Counted from the first letter of the stretch, positions 19,093 to 28,455 are shown. The stretch: 32,373 nucleotides of DNA from Chloroflexota bacterium (GCA_037441105.1 JBBISW010000002.1:25269-57641), one strand, 5' to 3'. Translations and numbers: made by a program. The notes: generated by a model from the letters alone, not told the origin.

Positions 19093-20367
19093 ATGCGTAT
19101 ATGTTTGCTTAGCTATAGATGCTATCGCTATTCCGGTGGACAGGGTATTTACGTCCGTTATTTAAGTCGTTCCCTCCGTGACCTCGGCCACGACGTTGAC
19201 GTGGTATCTGGACCACCATATCCAGACCTGGACGATGGCATAAAGCTGATTAAACTGCCCAGCCTTGATTTGTATTCGCTACCTGAAGCCGAGCGTTTCT
19301 TTATTGACCCACAAAAACTGAATTCACTGCCTAACCTCACCGAATGGCTCGGTGTCTGCTGTGGATTTTTCACTGAGCCATCAACCTTCGGCATGCGTGC
19401 CTATAGTTTCCTGCGCAAGGATAACCGCTATGAGCAATACGATGTTATTCATGATAATCAAAGCCTGTCCTACAGCATCTTGAAAATAAAGAGACTCGGT
19501 ATCCCATTAGTAACAACAATCCATCATCCCATCACAATCGATCGAGATTTAGCCATTAAAGCAGCCAAATCTCTATGGCAGGAAATGGGCATCAGAAGAT
19601 GGTATGCGTTCGCAGACATGCAACTTAAAGTCGCCAAAAAACTCTCTCACTTCATCACCGGTTCGCAGAATTCTTATCGCCAGATCATCGATATTTTTAA
19701 GCTGCCAAAAGACAGCCTACGAGTTATTTATGACGGAGTTGACAGTTCTATCTTTGACCAGAGCCTTGAGGTAAGACGCCTGGAAAACCGCCTTCTGGTG
19801 ATAAATAGCGGCGATACACCGTTAAAGGGATTGAAATATATGCTGGAGGCTATTGCTGCTTTGCGATTGGAGCGCAAAATAGAGCTTGTGATAGTTGGAA
19901 AACAGATGAGAAATGGTTACACACAGGGTTTGATTGAAGGTTTAGGCATCGCTGATTGTGTGACCCATATGGGGCAAATAGACACTGCTGAACTTGTCCG
20001 CCAGTATTCCATGGCTACAATGGTAGTTGTGCCTTCAGTTTACGAAGGCTTTGGTTTACCTGCCGCCGAGGCTATGTCTTGCAACACGCCAGTGATATCG
20101 ACTACCGCCGGCGCTTTGCCCGAGATAGTTGGTGATGCCGGTATCCTGGTACCGCCAGCTAATACTAGAGCACTGGTGAAGGCAATTGCAAACCTTCTGG
20201 ATAATCCAGACAAGCGCAGATACCTTGGTGAAATGGGATATAGACGCATACGGCAAATGTTCAACTGGGAGAACACAGCTAAACATACGGCTGACGTCTA
20301 TAGAGAAGCTATCGGGTGCCAAAGCAATTTATCAGCACGACGAGATATTTATCCAAGGAGCAATTAG
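19093..20367 (+). CDS. Glycosyltransferase family 4 (GT-B), copy 2 (paralog of 17688-18968)
   Basis: SGGQGIY, VIHDNQ, TIHHPI, YDGVD, YEGFGLPAAEAMSC. Confidence 0.93.
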   Translation: MRICLLSYRCYRYSGGQGIYVRYLSRSLRDLGHDVDVVSGPPYPDLDDGIKLIKLPSLDLYSLPEAERFFIDPQKLNSLPNLTEWLGVCCGFFTEPSTFGMRAYSFLRKDNRYEQYDVIHDNQSLSYSILKIKRLGIPLVTTIHHPITIDRDLAIKAAKSLWQEMGIRRWYAFADMQLKVAKKLSHFITGSQNSYRQIIDIFKLPKDSLRVIYDGVDSSIFDQSLEVRRLENRLLVINSGDTPLKGLKYMLEAIAALRLERKIELVIVGKQMRNGYTQGLIEGLGIADCVTHMGQIDTAELVRQYSMATMVVVPSVYEGFGLPAAEAMSCNTPVISTTAGALPEIVGDAGILVPPANTRALVKAIANLLDNPDKRRYLGEMGYRRIRQMFNWENTAKHTADVYREAIGCQSNLSARRDIYPRSN

Positions 20368-20369
20368 AA

Positions 20370-21404
20370 ATGAAACTCAAGCCTTCTGATAATTTTCTCT
20401 CAAACAAATACCTTAGCCCTACGGTCGATTCCATCCTTTCAATGCAACAGGCAGATGGCTCAATTCCTTGGCTCCAGGGAGGTATCACAGACCCGTGGAC
20501 TCATGTCGAAAATGCTATGGCAATCGATATCGGTAACTGTCATACTGAAGCTGAACGTGCTTACGACTGGCTGGCTGCGATTCAACTGGTAGATGGGAGC
20601 TGGTACACTTCGTACAAAGATGGACAACCATTAGACACATCAAAAATCTCACATGTTATTTCATATATAGCGGTAGGAGTATGGCACCACTATCTAACAA
20701 CCGGTGACATTTCGTTTCTTAAAAAAATGTGGCCAACTGTCTGCGCTGCAATTGATTTTGTGCTAGATATGAGGGGAACAAGCGGTGAAATCTATTGGGC
20801 AAGAGATAGTGCCGGCGTTATTTACCCCACTGCACTAATAACCAGTTGTAGCTCCACCTATTTGAGTATCAAGAGCGCCCTTTCTATGGCTTCAGTTTTG
20901 GGCGAAGAGCAAACTCACTGGGAAAAAGCAAACAGCGCCCTGGCAAAAGCGATTCAGAATATGCCATGCCCATTTGATTCGACTCAGGGAAATAAGTCCA
21001 CATTTGCCATGGACTGGTATTACCCGGTGATGTGTTGTGTCATCAATGGTAACGATGCCAAGCAGCGTCTTTTCAATGGTTGGGGCAAATTTGTTATTGA
21101 TGGTTTAGGCTCACTCTGCAGTCTAGAACAGGGATGGGTCACCGCTGCGGAGACAAGCGAGCTGGCAATTGCTCTAGCAGTTCATGGTGAATACAAACAT
21201 TCGGCAACTGTCTTCAACTGGCTTCACCAGATGCGGGATGAAGACGGCGCCTACTGGTATGGCATGGCATTACCACAGCGAGAAATCTGGCCAGAAGAAA
21301 AGCCAACCTGGACATCCGCAGCGGTGGTGCTGGCGGCTGATATGCTCAGGCCTATGTCACCGACAAGCCTACTTCTTGACCACCACGGTCCCGTGACGCC
21401 GTAG
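20370..21404 (+). CDS. (alpha/alpha)-barrel protein, prenyltransferase/squalene-oxidase-repeat or six-hairpin glycosidase-like, function unknown
   Basis: ATG at 20370 after AAGGAG. QW-type repeats QQADGSIPW, IQLVDGSW, MRDEDGAYW; DPWTHVE, FAMDWYYP, WVTAAETSE. Confidence 0.8.
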   Translation: MKLKPSDNFLSNKYLSPTVDSILSMQQADGSIPWLQGGITDPWTHVENAMAIDIGNCHTEAERAYDWLAAIQLVDGSWYTSYKDGQPLDTSKISHVISYIAVGVWHHYLTTGDISFLKKMWPTVCAAIDFVLDMRGTSGEIYWARDSAGVIYPTALITSCSSTYLSIKSALSMASVLGEEQTHWEKANSALAKAIQNMPCPFDSTQGNKSTFAMDWYYPVMCCVINGNDAKQRLFNGWGKFVIDGLGSLCSLEQGWVTAAETSELAIALAVHGEYKHSATVFNWLHQMRDEDGAYWYGMALPQREIWPEEKPTWTSAAVVLAADMLRPMSPTSLLLDHHGPVTP

Positions 21405-22013
21405 CACACCAAGCGTATTGGTCATCAGCAGTTCCTCAAATATCCCTGACGTCAGCGCCAGCTTATAAACCTCATACGGAGCTTGCCCGCCTTCTGTCGG
21501 GTCAAGAAAGATATCGTGGAAAGCGAGAAATCCATTAGGTAGTAAGTGAGGATACCAGCATCGGTAATCTGTCAATACGGTCTCATAACTGTGCCCACCG
21601 TCTATGAAAATCAGACCTAATGGAGTAGTCCAATCTCGAACTGCCACAGAGGATTTAGTAACCATAGGCACAACAATCTCTTCTAATCCAGCACGCTGTA
21701 TTGTAGCCCGAAAATATGGGAGGCTATCAATCACCCCGGTTTCACTATTGAAAAGGTCAGGGTCAAAGTACAGTTGACCCTGCTGTTGCTCTTCAGAACC
21801 TCGGTGGTGGTCAATGGTGAAAAGCGTCTTTCCTTTTAATTTGCAGGCAGTGCCAAGGTAAACCGTGGATTTCCCACAAAAGCTACCAATCTCCAGACAG
21901 GGCCCGAGCGAACATGCTTCTAGAGCCAGTTCGAATAACCTCATCCCTTCCTCCTCAGCAAGAAAACCTTTGATTTCTGAAACGAATGCCGGAATTGCAT
22001 TTTTTGCTTCCAT
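21369..22013 (-). CDS. Class I SAM-dependent methyltransferase (Methyltransf_24-like); start uncertain (22013 or 22058)
   Basis: LEIGSFCGKST motif I, IDHHRGSEE, FIDGGHSYE, FHD. Confidence 0.9.
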   Translation of the reverse strand: MEAKNAIPAFVSEIKGFLAEEEGMRLFELALEACSLGPCLEIGSFCGKSTVYLGTACKLKGKTLFTIDHHRGSEEQQQGQLYFDPDLFNSETGVIDSLPYFRATIQRAGLEEIVVPMVTKSSVAVRDWTTPLGLIFIDGGHSYETVLTDYRCWYPHLLPNGFLAFHDIFLDPTEGGQAPYEVYKLALTSGIFEELLMTNTLGVLRRHGTVVVKK

Positions 22014-22071
22014 TTGCTTGACAGGAAATAGGATACACCTTTGCAACACTGGTTTCAATTAGATGTAATCA

Positions 22072-22106
22072 ATGCTATAGCATACTCTGTACAAAAGTAT
22101 TATAAT
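22072..22106 (+). promoter_or_regulatory. Possible promoter for the exporter operon, with an overlapping 12 bp palindrome
   Basis: TAGCAT (22078-22083), 17 nt spacer, TATAAT (22101-22106); palindrome ATGCTATAGCAT at 22072-22083. Confidence 0.35.
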
Positions 22107-22235
22107 TTAGCAATTTGAGGTTAAGGTCGAATGAAATGGCAATGCTCAGAAGTCTTTACATAGATTTTACACAGGCGTAAAACCACGACAATAATCCGCT
22201 GTCATTCTAATATTAAAATGGAGGCCAGAGTTCAA

Positions 22236-23954
22236 ATGAGAAATAAACTGATTATAGCTACCGTACTGCTCCTGGTTGTGTCCACGCTGGGCTTTAGCGG
22301 TTGCCGTGGTGAAAAAAAGAATGCTAAAGCCGAGAGACAAATAGCTGTGGTGGAGCGAGGAGACCTGGTATTGACAGTCACCGCCGACGGTAATCTGGTT
22401 ATGCCACGTGAAGCCAAACTGCGCTTCGGCACACCGGGGACGGTAAAAGAGGTATTTGTAGAGGAAGGAAATAAGGTCAAAGAGGGCACACTGTTGGCCA
22501 AGCTGGATGACACCACGCACAAACTTGCCATAGCTTCAGCCCAGTATAACGTGGAACTAGCTATGAACGAGTTGGTAGAAAAAATACATCCGGCATTGAT
22601 GGGCTACCCAAAATTTTATCCTGATACCAGCACCATCCTCCGTATGGAACAGGCTCAAGAAGAGCTAGGGCAAGCACAAAAATTCCTCGAGCAAAGCAAG
22701 TATCAAGAAGCAGCAGCTGAGCTACGTCTGGCCAAGCACGACCTTGATGCGAGCTACAAAATGTTTAATGTGCCAGAAATAACTATGTCCTTGCAGGGAC
22801 ATGATGATTTGCTGGGCACGCCTGTCGAAAACTATCCTGATATCTCTAAGGCAATCAAGCTTCTGGAGCAAGACCTGGCAAGGTTAGCCGAAATACAAAC
22901 GCTTATCGAGCAGGGCAGCTACGAGGATGCTAAGGCTAAATTGGATGCCGCACAATACAAGCTAAAGGAAACCTATCTTCTGGTCAAAAGCCTCAGCGGC
23001 AGGATAAGGGTGTCACAAAGAATCGGAGAGTGTTGTCAGCAGCTAACAACGCAAGGCAGCAGAGCAGGAGCAACAGGATTAATGCCACTGCCCTACTCTG
23101 ATACCTCCACCTCGCTTGCCTGGCTGAGGCAGGTTGAAGAAAACCTGCGAGCGCTACAAGCGTGTAAAGAAGGAGACAACTGTGACGCACTGGAGCTGGC
23201 TACACTGCTACGCATGGCTCAGCATGATGTAGAAATGAGCCGGACGATACTTGAAAATAACGAGCTTATTTTCCGGAGTGGCGTTAACCTGAAAGCTTTG
23301 AGAGCTTACAATCTTAATCTACAACTAGCCCAGAGGGAACTGGAGCGGGCTAAGAAAGAGCTCATGAAAACGGAAATCCTGGCACCTTTTGATGGCACTG
23401 TAGTTAAAGTCGGTGTCAAGGAGACCGACCAGCTTTCGTCTTTCGATTATTCCGCAGTAACCGCCGTTCACCTGGTGGATACCGGCACCGTCAAGCTGGA
23501 AGGCATGGTGGACGAGATAGATATTTTTAAAGTGAAGGTGGGCCAGAAAGCCATCATCACAATAGATGCTATACCAGATAAGGAGTTTTCTGGCAAAGTG
23601 ACCTTCATTTCGCCGTTTGGCACTCAGATGGCTGGCGTTGTCGAGTTTGCCGTGACCATAGCTCTCGACCCCACCGACATAGAACTGAAAGGAGGCCTGA
23701 CTGCCACGGCTGATATAATTGTGGCGGAAAGAAGCAATGTGCTATTAATACCTAAGGATGCTGTTTTACAAACACCTGCAGGCACCTTTGTGGCAGTGGT
23801 GAAAGATATGACCACGGCTGAGCCTGAGAGGAGGCAGGTTGAGTTAGGAGTTCAGGATTACCAGTTTGCCGAGGTCATATCCGGCCTCAGTGAAGGAGAA
23901 AAGGTATTAATAATGCCTGTAAGTGAGCGCGCCAGGCTACGTCCCGGCGGTTAA
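22236..23954 (+). CDS. Efflux membrane-fusion/adaptor protein (MacA/YknX-like), probable lipoprotein with an expanded helical region
   Basis: Signal peptide ending LGFSGC, lipoyl half-domains GTVKEVFVEEGNKVKEGTLLAKLD and ILAPFDGTV, VDEIDIFKVKVGQ, C-terminal AEVISGLSEGEKV. Confidence 0.88.
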   Translation: MRNKLIIATVLLLVVSTLGFSGCRGEKKNAKAERQIAVVERGDLVLTVTADGNLVMPREAKLRFGTPGTVKEVFVEEGNKVKEGTLLAKLDDTTHKLAIASAQYNVELAMNELVEKIHPALMGYPKFYPDTSTILRMEQAQEELGQAQKFLEQSKYQEAAAELRLAKHDLDASYKMFNVPEITMSLQGHDDLLGTPVENYPDISKAIKLLEQDLARLAEIQTLIEQGSYEDAKAKLDAAQYKLKETYLLVKSLSGRIRVSQRIGECCQQLTTQGSRAGATGLMPLPYSDTSTSLAWLRQVEENLRALQACKEGDNCDALELATLLRMAQHDVEMSRTILENNELIFRSGVNLKALRAYNLNLQLAQRELERAKKELMKTEILAPFDGTVVKVGVKETDQLSSFDYSAVTAVHLVDTGTVKLEGMVDEIDIFKVKVGQKAIITIDAIPDKEFSGKVTFISPFGTQMAGVVEFAVTIALDPTDIELKGGLTATADIIVAERSNVLLIPKDAVLQTPAGTFVAVVKDMTTAEPERRQVELGVQDYQFAEVISGLSEGEKVLIMPVSERARLRPGG

Positions 23955-24040
23955 GCCGGTGGCGGCCCTGGCTAAGGCCTTAGCTAAAATCTGCAATTAG
24001 TACGAGGCAGAAATATTTTATCTGTTTTTGGGTAGCGAAA

Positions 24041-24709
24041 ATGATTTACTTAGATAATATAGTAAAGATATATAAGTTAGGAGATGTACAGGTAACTGCA
24101 CTGGATGGAGTAACCTGCCGCATTGAGGCAGGAGAGATGATTTCCATCATGGGACCGTCAGGCTCCGGGAAATCTACCTTGATGAACCTAATCGGTTGTT
24201 TGGACAGACCAACTTCTGGAACATACAGATTAGATGGCACAGATGTTAGCCGCTTGAAGGACGACGAGCTAGCAGACATACGGAACAAGAAGATAGGTTT
24301 CGTTTTTCAGTCTTTCAACCTATTGCCACGGACTACGGCCGTAGCTAATGTGGAGCTGCCGCTGGTCTACAGTGCCGTGAGCAACAAGCGCCAGCGTGCC
24401 ATGGCTGCTCTAGAGTCAGTGGGGTTAGCTGAGCGGGCTAGCCATCGGCCTACCGAGATTTCCGGCGGCGAGCAACAGCGAGTAGCTATTGCCCGGGCTC
24501 TGGTTAATAACCCATCAATAATTCTGGGTGATGAACCTACGGGCAATCTGGATACTCAGACCAGCAAGGGCATCATGCTTCTTCTACAGCAATTAAATAG
24601 TCAGGGTATCACTATCATCATTGTCACTCACGAAGAGGATATCGCCAATTACACAAAACGTACAATTTATTTGAGAGATGGTCAGATAGTTAACGAGAGA
24701 AAGAGATGA
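24041..24709 (+). CDS. ABC transporter ATP-binding protein (LolD/MacB/YknY type)
   Basis: Walker [46 protein letters not shown]. Confidence 0.96.
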   Translation: MIYLDNIVKIYKLGDVQVTALDGVTCRIEAGEMISIMGPSGSGKSTLMNLIGCLDRPTSGTYRLDGTDVSRLKDDELADIRNKKIGFVFQSFNLLPRTTAVANVELPLVYSAVSNKRQRAMAALESVGLAERASHRPTEISGGEQQRVAIARALVNNPSIILGDEPTGNLDTQTSKGIMLLLQQLNSQGITIIIVTHEEDIANYTKRTIYLRDGQIVNERKR

Positions 24710-25953
24710 ACTTCTGGGAGAGCATAATCAGCTCGTGGCAAGCCATTTACAGTAACAAGCTGCGGTCTGTTCTGACCATACTTGGTATTGTTATCGGAAT
24801 CAGCGCTGTCGTCTTCGTCGTATCTTTTGGCCGAGGACACCAGGCTAATATTGCCGGCATCTTTCAGCAGATGGGAGCTAATGCCCTTTACGTTATGGAA
24901 CTCAGCACTAGCCCTACTGGCAGCAGAGCCACTGCTACGACCAGTAGTGGAAAGCTGACTCTTGAGGATGCCGAAGCTCTAACTAATCGTAACCGGGCTC
25001 CGTCCGTGGCTATAGTGGCTCCCATGACCAACACCAGAGCCAATGTTGCTTACGGTAATGAGAAGCATCTTCTTCGGATAACGGGTGTCACTCCTGAGAT
25101 TGCGCGCATTGCCAGCTACCCCATAGCGGAGGGCACTTTTATCTCGCACCAAGACATTCTAAAAAAAGCGACTGTTGCTGTTCTGGGAAGCGATGCTGCT
25201 TTGGACCTTTTTGGCAAAGAAAATCCTGTTGGCAAGTCCATGCGTATAAATGGACGAAAGTTCGATGTCATCGGTGTTGTCGAAGAGCGGGGTAGCATGT
25301 TCGGGCAACCAGACGACTTTGTAATGATTCCCCTGTCAACATATCAGTCAAGAATTTTGACTGAGACAAGTGCTAGAGGACGACCTGTGCAGACTATCGG
25401 TATTCAGGCAAGGAGTACCGAGGAGGTGGATGTTGCTAAGGAGCAGATTACTACTATCTTGCGCCAAAGGCATCATATCAGAGAAGGAGAAGACGACGAT
25501 TTTCGGATTGTTGACTTGCGGGAAATCATAAATCGGATGAATCAGGTGCTGGGCATCTTCCGTGTCTTTATCGGCAGTGTTGGTGCAATTTCGCTTGTGG
25601 TTGGTGGCATCGGTATAATGAATATTATGCTGGTATCAGTAACTGAACGCATCCGCGAGATCGGTATCCGAAAAGCTGTTGGCGCCAAGAGACGGGATAT
25701 CTTGAGCCAATTCCTGGTTGAGTCAGCTATGCTGAGCCTTTCCGGTGGCGCCATAGGGCTGATGCTAGCTTGGCTAGGCTGCCTGTTGGTCACAGGAGCA
25801 AAGCTGGGCGACTACTCTGTCAACGCCCCCATGTCCATTGACATCGCCATTATTGCCCTCTCGGTGTCAATCTTTATCGGGTTGGTTTCCGGTATATACC
25901 CGGCCTATAGAGCCGCCCGCCTTGACCCTATTGAGTCACTGCGACACGAGTAG
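24706..25953 (+). CDS. MacB/FtsX-type ABC permease, copy 1
   Basis: NKLRSVLTILGIVIGI, MacB periplasmic core domain, GGIGIMNIMLVSVTER, ARLDPIESLRHE. ATGA overlap with the ATPase. Confidence 0.95.
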   Translation: MNFWESIISSWQAIYSNKLRSVLTILGIVIGISAVVFVVSFGRGHQANIAGIFQQMGANALYVMELSTSPTGSRATATTSSGKLTLEDAEALTNRNRAPSVAIVAPMTNTRANVAYGNEKHLLRITGVTPEIARIASYPIAEGTFISHQDILKKATVAVLGSDAALDLFGKENPVGKSMRINGRKFDVIGVVEERGSMFGQPDDFVMIPLSTYQSRILTETSARGRPVQTIGIQARSTEEVDVAKEQITTILRQRHHIREGEDDDFRIVDLREIINRMNQVLGIFRVFIGSVGAISLVVGGIGIMNIMLVSVTERIREIGIRKAVGAKRRDILSQFLVESAMLSLSGGAIGLMLAWLGCLLVTGAKLGDYSVNAPMSIDIAIIALSVSIFIGLVSGIYPAYRAARLDPIESLRHE

Positions 25954-25999
25954 AACCATTTCGCCAGGAAATGACTGGCCTCTACGCAAAAGGAACGAT

Positions 26000-27235
26000 A
26001 TGAACATCTGGGAAAGCATAGTCACTTCATGGCAGACCCTGTACAGTAACAAGATGCGCTCAGCTCTGACCATTCTCGGCATCGTAATCGGCGTCAGTGC
26101 TGTTGTCTTTCTAGTGTCCTTCGGCAGAGGACACAAGGCAAATGTCACCGCTATCTTCGAAGCCATGGGAGCTAATGCCATTTACATCACCAGCGCTACC
26201 ACTATGACTCAGGGCCTGGCAGGAGTTACTGGAAGTCTGACACTCGAAGATGCTGAAGCTCTGGCTGATCCTAACCGAGCCCCATCTGTAGATGTAGTTG
26301 CCCCTATGATTGAAAAAATGATCAGGGTCGTCTACGGCAACGAAAATAGCGCCGTCAATATAATGGGTACTACTCCTGAAATTGCACAAGTCATCGATTA
26401 CCCAGTAGCTGCGGGGCGGTTCATTGCTGAGCAAGATGTCAGCAGGAGAGGAAACGTTGCCGTATTGGGAAACAAGACGGCTTCAGACCTCTTTGGCACG
26501 AAAAATCCTTTAGAAGAGACTATCAGAATAAGCGGGACCAAATTTGAGGTAATTGGCGTTCTCGAAAAGAAAGGTGGTTTTTTAGCTGCCGCAGATGATT
26601 TCATAATTATCCCCTTAACCACGATGCAGTCAAGAATTCTGGGACAAACAACTCCCAGGGGAAGACCTGTCCAGACCATCGCTGTTCGAGCAGTGAGCCC
26701 TGACCAAATAGATGCCGCTCGAGAAGAAATCACGTCTATCCTGAGACAGCGTCATCATATCAGAGAAGGAAAAGACGACGATTTCACTGTTATTGATATG
26801 CAGGAAATCCTGAACCGTATGAACCAGGTGCTTGGCATCTTTCAGGTATTTATCGGCAGTGTCGGTGCTATTTCGCTCATCGTTGGTGGTATTGGCATTA
26901 TGAATATAATGCTGGTTTCGGTAACCGAGCGTACCCGGGAAATAGGTATACGTAAAGCTGTCGGTGCCAAACGCCGCGATATTCTGCGTCAGTTCCTGGT
27001 CGAAGCAGCTATGCTGAGCTTGTCTGGAGGTATAATAGGATTGACTTTAGCTTCCATGGGAACTTGGTTAATTACCGGAGTGCAATTGGGACCGTATCCT
27101 GTCAAGGCTCCTATGTCAGCTGATATCGTAATCATTGCTGTCTCGGTGGCAATCTTCATCGGGCTGGCTTCGGGCATCTACCCCGCCTACAGAGCTGCCA
27201 GACTTGACCCAATTGAATCGCTACGCCATGAATAA
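26000..27235 (+). CDS. MacB/FtsX-type ABC permease, copy 2
   Basis: ATG at 26000 (MNIWES aligns with MNFWES of copy 1, SD AAAGGA); same motifs and identical C-terminus. Confidence 0.95.
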   Translation: MNIWESIVTSWQTLYSNKMRSALTILGIVIGVSAVVFLVSFGRGHKANVTAIFEAMGANAIYITSATTMTQGLAGVTGSLTLEDAEALADPNRAPSVDVVAPMIEKMIRVVYGNENSAVNIMGTTPEIAQVIDYPVAAGRFIAEQDVSRRGNVAVLGNKTASDLFGTKNPLEETIRISGTKFEVIGVLEKKGGFLAAADDFIIIPLTTMQSRILGQTTPRGRPVQTIAVRAVSPDQIDAAREEITSILRQRHHIREGKDDDFTVIDMQEILNRMNQVLGIFQVFIGSVGAISLIVGGIGIMNIMLVSVTERTREIGIRKAVGAKRRDILRQFLVEAAMLSLSGGIIGLTLASMGTWLITGVQLGPYPVKAPMSADIVIIAVSVAIFIGLASGIYPAYRAARLDPIESLRHE

Positions 27236-27238
27236 GCG

Positions 27239-27805
27239 CTATTTATTCTGTACTAAAGACAGAAATTCAGCGCGGGTTGCCGCTCGACTGCGGAAAAGCC
27301 CTCTGGTCGCCGAGGTGACAACATTACTCCCTGGCTTCTTGATGCCACGCATGGTCATACACAAATGCTCTGCCTGAATAATCACAGCTACACCATCCGG
27401 CTGAAGAGCTTCAAGGATCACATCTGCAATCTGCGTCGTCATCCTTTCCTGTAGCTGGGGACGTTTGGCGAATATCTCAACCACTCGCGCCAGCTTACTC
27501 ACCCCAACAACTCGTCCTTCATCATTCGGAATATAGCCAACATGAGCCACACCGTAAAACGGCAGGAGATGATGCTCACACATAGAGTAGAAAGGGATAT
27601 CCTTGAGTATCACCATCTCACGATGCCCTACCTCAAAGCCCACCGTCAATTCTTCCTGAGCATCCATATTCAGACCTGAAAAAAGCTCAGTATACATATC
27701 GGCGATGCGTTGCGGCGTATCTCTCAGGCTTTCCCTTCGCGGGTCATCACCAATAGCCTCAATTATAGAATACACGGCTGCTTCAATCTTAGGTATATCA
27801 ACCAA
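27239..27805 (-). CDS. folE: GTP cyclohydrolase I
   Basis: LRDTPQRIA, SMCEHHLLPF, VGVSKLAR, PQLQER, HLCMTMRG. TTG start with SD GAGGAGG. Confidence 0.97.
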   Translation of the reverse strand: MVDIPKIEAAVYSIIEAIGDDPRRESLRDTPQRIADMYTELFSGLNMDAQEELTVGFEVGHREMVILKDIPFYSMCEHHLLPFYGVAHVGYIPNDEGRVVGVSKLARVVEIFAKRPQLQERMTTQIADVILEALQPDGVAVIIQAEHLCMTMRGIKKPGSNVVTSATRGLFRSRAATRAEFLSLVQNK

Positions 27806-27833
27806 CTGCTGCCTCCTCTTTTATTATTAAACG

Positions 27834-28412
27834 CTAGCGCCTACCATAAGTTTCGCGGTCTAGCAAGCGAACAGATGCACTGCTCGTAGTTGCATAAAGC
27901 TCTGCCCCGAGATAAAGAACTGGATTCAGCTTATCCAAATCCAGCGTCCCATGGACAGTAAAGACTTCGTCGTCAAAATGCACAGCTACGATTTCACCCA
28001 CTATCCAAACATGGTCACCATAAGTTTTATTATCTACAAGCTTGCACTCATAGGCTGTGTAGGCATCTTTAAGTATCGGCACGCTTGTCTTCAAGGGCTT
28101 TCCTTCAGCGATGCTGAATTTTTGAAACTTATCTACCTCTCTGCCACCACTGCCACCAACTGAAGCTATAAGCTCAGCAGTCTCAAAGGGCACAAAGTTA
28201 ATGCCAAACTCCTTGCTTTCCAGAATAAGCTGGCAGGTAAACCTCTTGGGTGCTATAGCCACCCCGTAGAGAGGAGGTTTGAAAGAAAGGGCACTATGCC
28301 AGGCGACTGCCATAGCGTTCTTCTTGCACCCAGCACAGGCTGTAACTATAGCCGCCACCTTCGGGTAGTGCTGATAAAACTCACCAATGCTTTCTGTCGT
28401 TACTCTAGGCAT
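27834..28412 (-). CDS. Flavin reductase family (FMN-binding split barrel) protein
   Basis: NAMAVAW...SFKPP, EFGIN, SGGREVDKF, ECKL, GDHVWIVGEI. Confidence 0.9.
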   Translation of the reverse strand: MPRVTTESIGEFYQHYPKVAAIVTACAGCKKNAMAVAWHSALSFKPPLYGVAIAPKRFTCQLILESKEFGINFVPFETAELIASVGGSGGREVDKFQKFSIAEGKPLKTSVPILKDAYTAYECKLVDNKTYGDHVWIVGEIVAVHFDDEVFTVHGTLDLDKLNPVLYLGAELYATTSSASVRLLDRETYGRR

Positions 28413-28455
28413 TGTCAGTTTTCCTTAGACTTTCAAACTCTGATGGCTAGAAAAG

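Noticed and set aside
20370-21404. Squalene-hopene cyclase assignment
   Set aside because: Only about 345 aa (a single barrel) and no DxDD motif.
23952-23984. In-frame AGGGPG-stop after the adaptor stop codon, and palindrome GCTAAGGCCTTAGC
   Set aside because: Probably a relic Gly-rich tail. TAA readthrough is unsupported, and the palindrome has no loop or U-tract.
25838-25999. N-terminal extensions given by the ORF track (also 5023, 6788, 20316, 22218)
   Set aside because: Most overlap the upstream gene, and downstream ATGs fit family N-termini and, in most cases, SD positions better.
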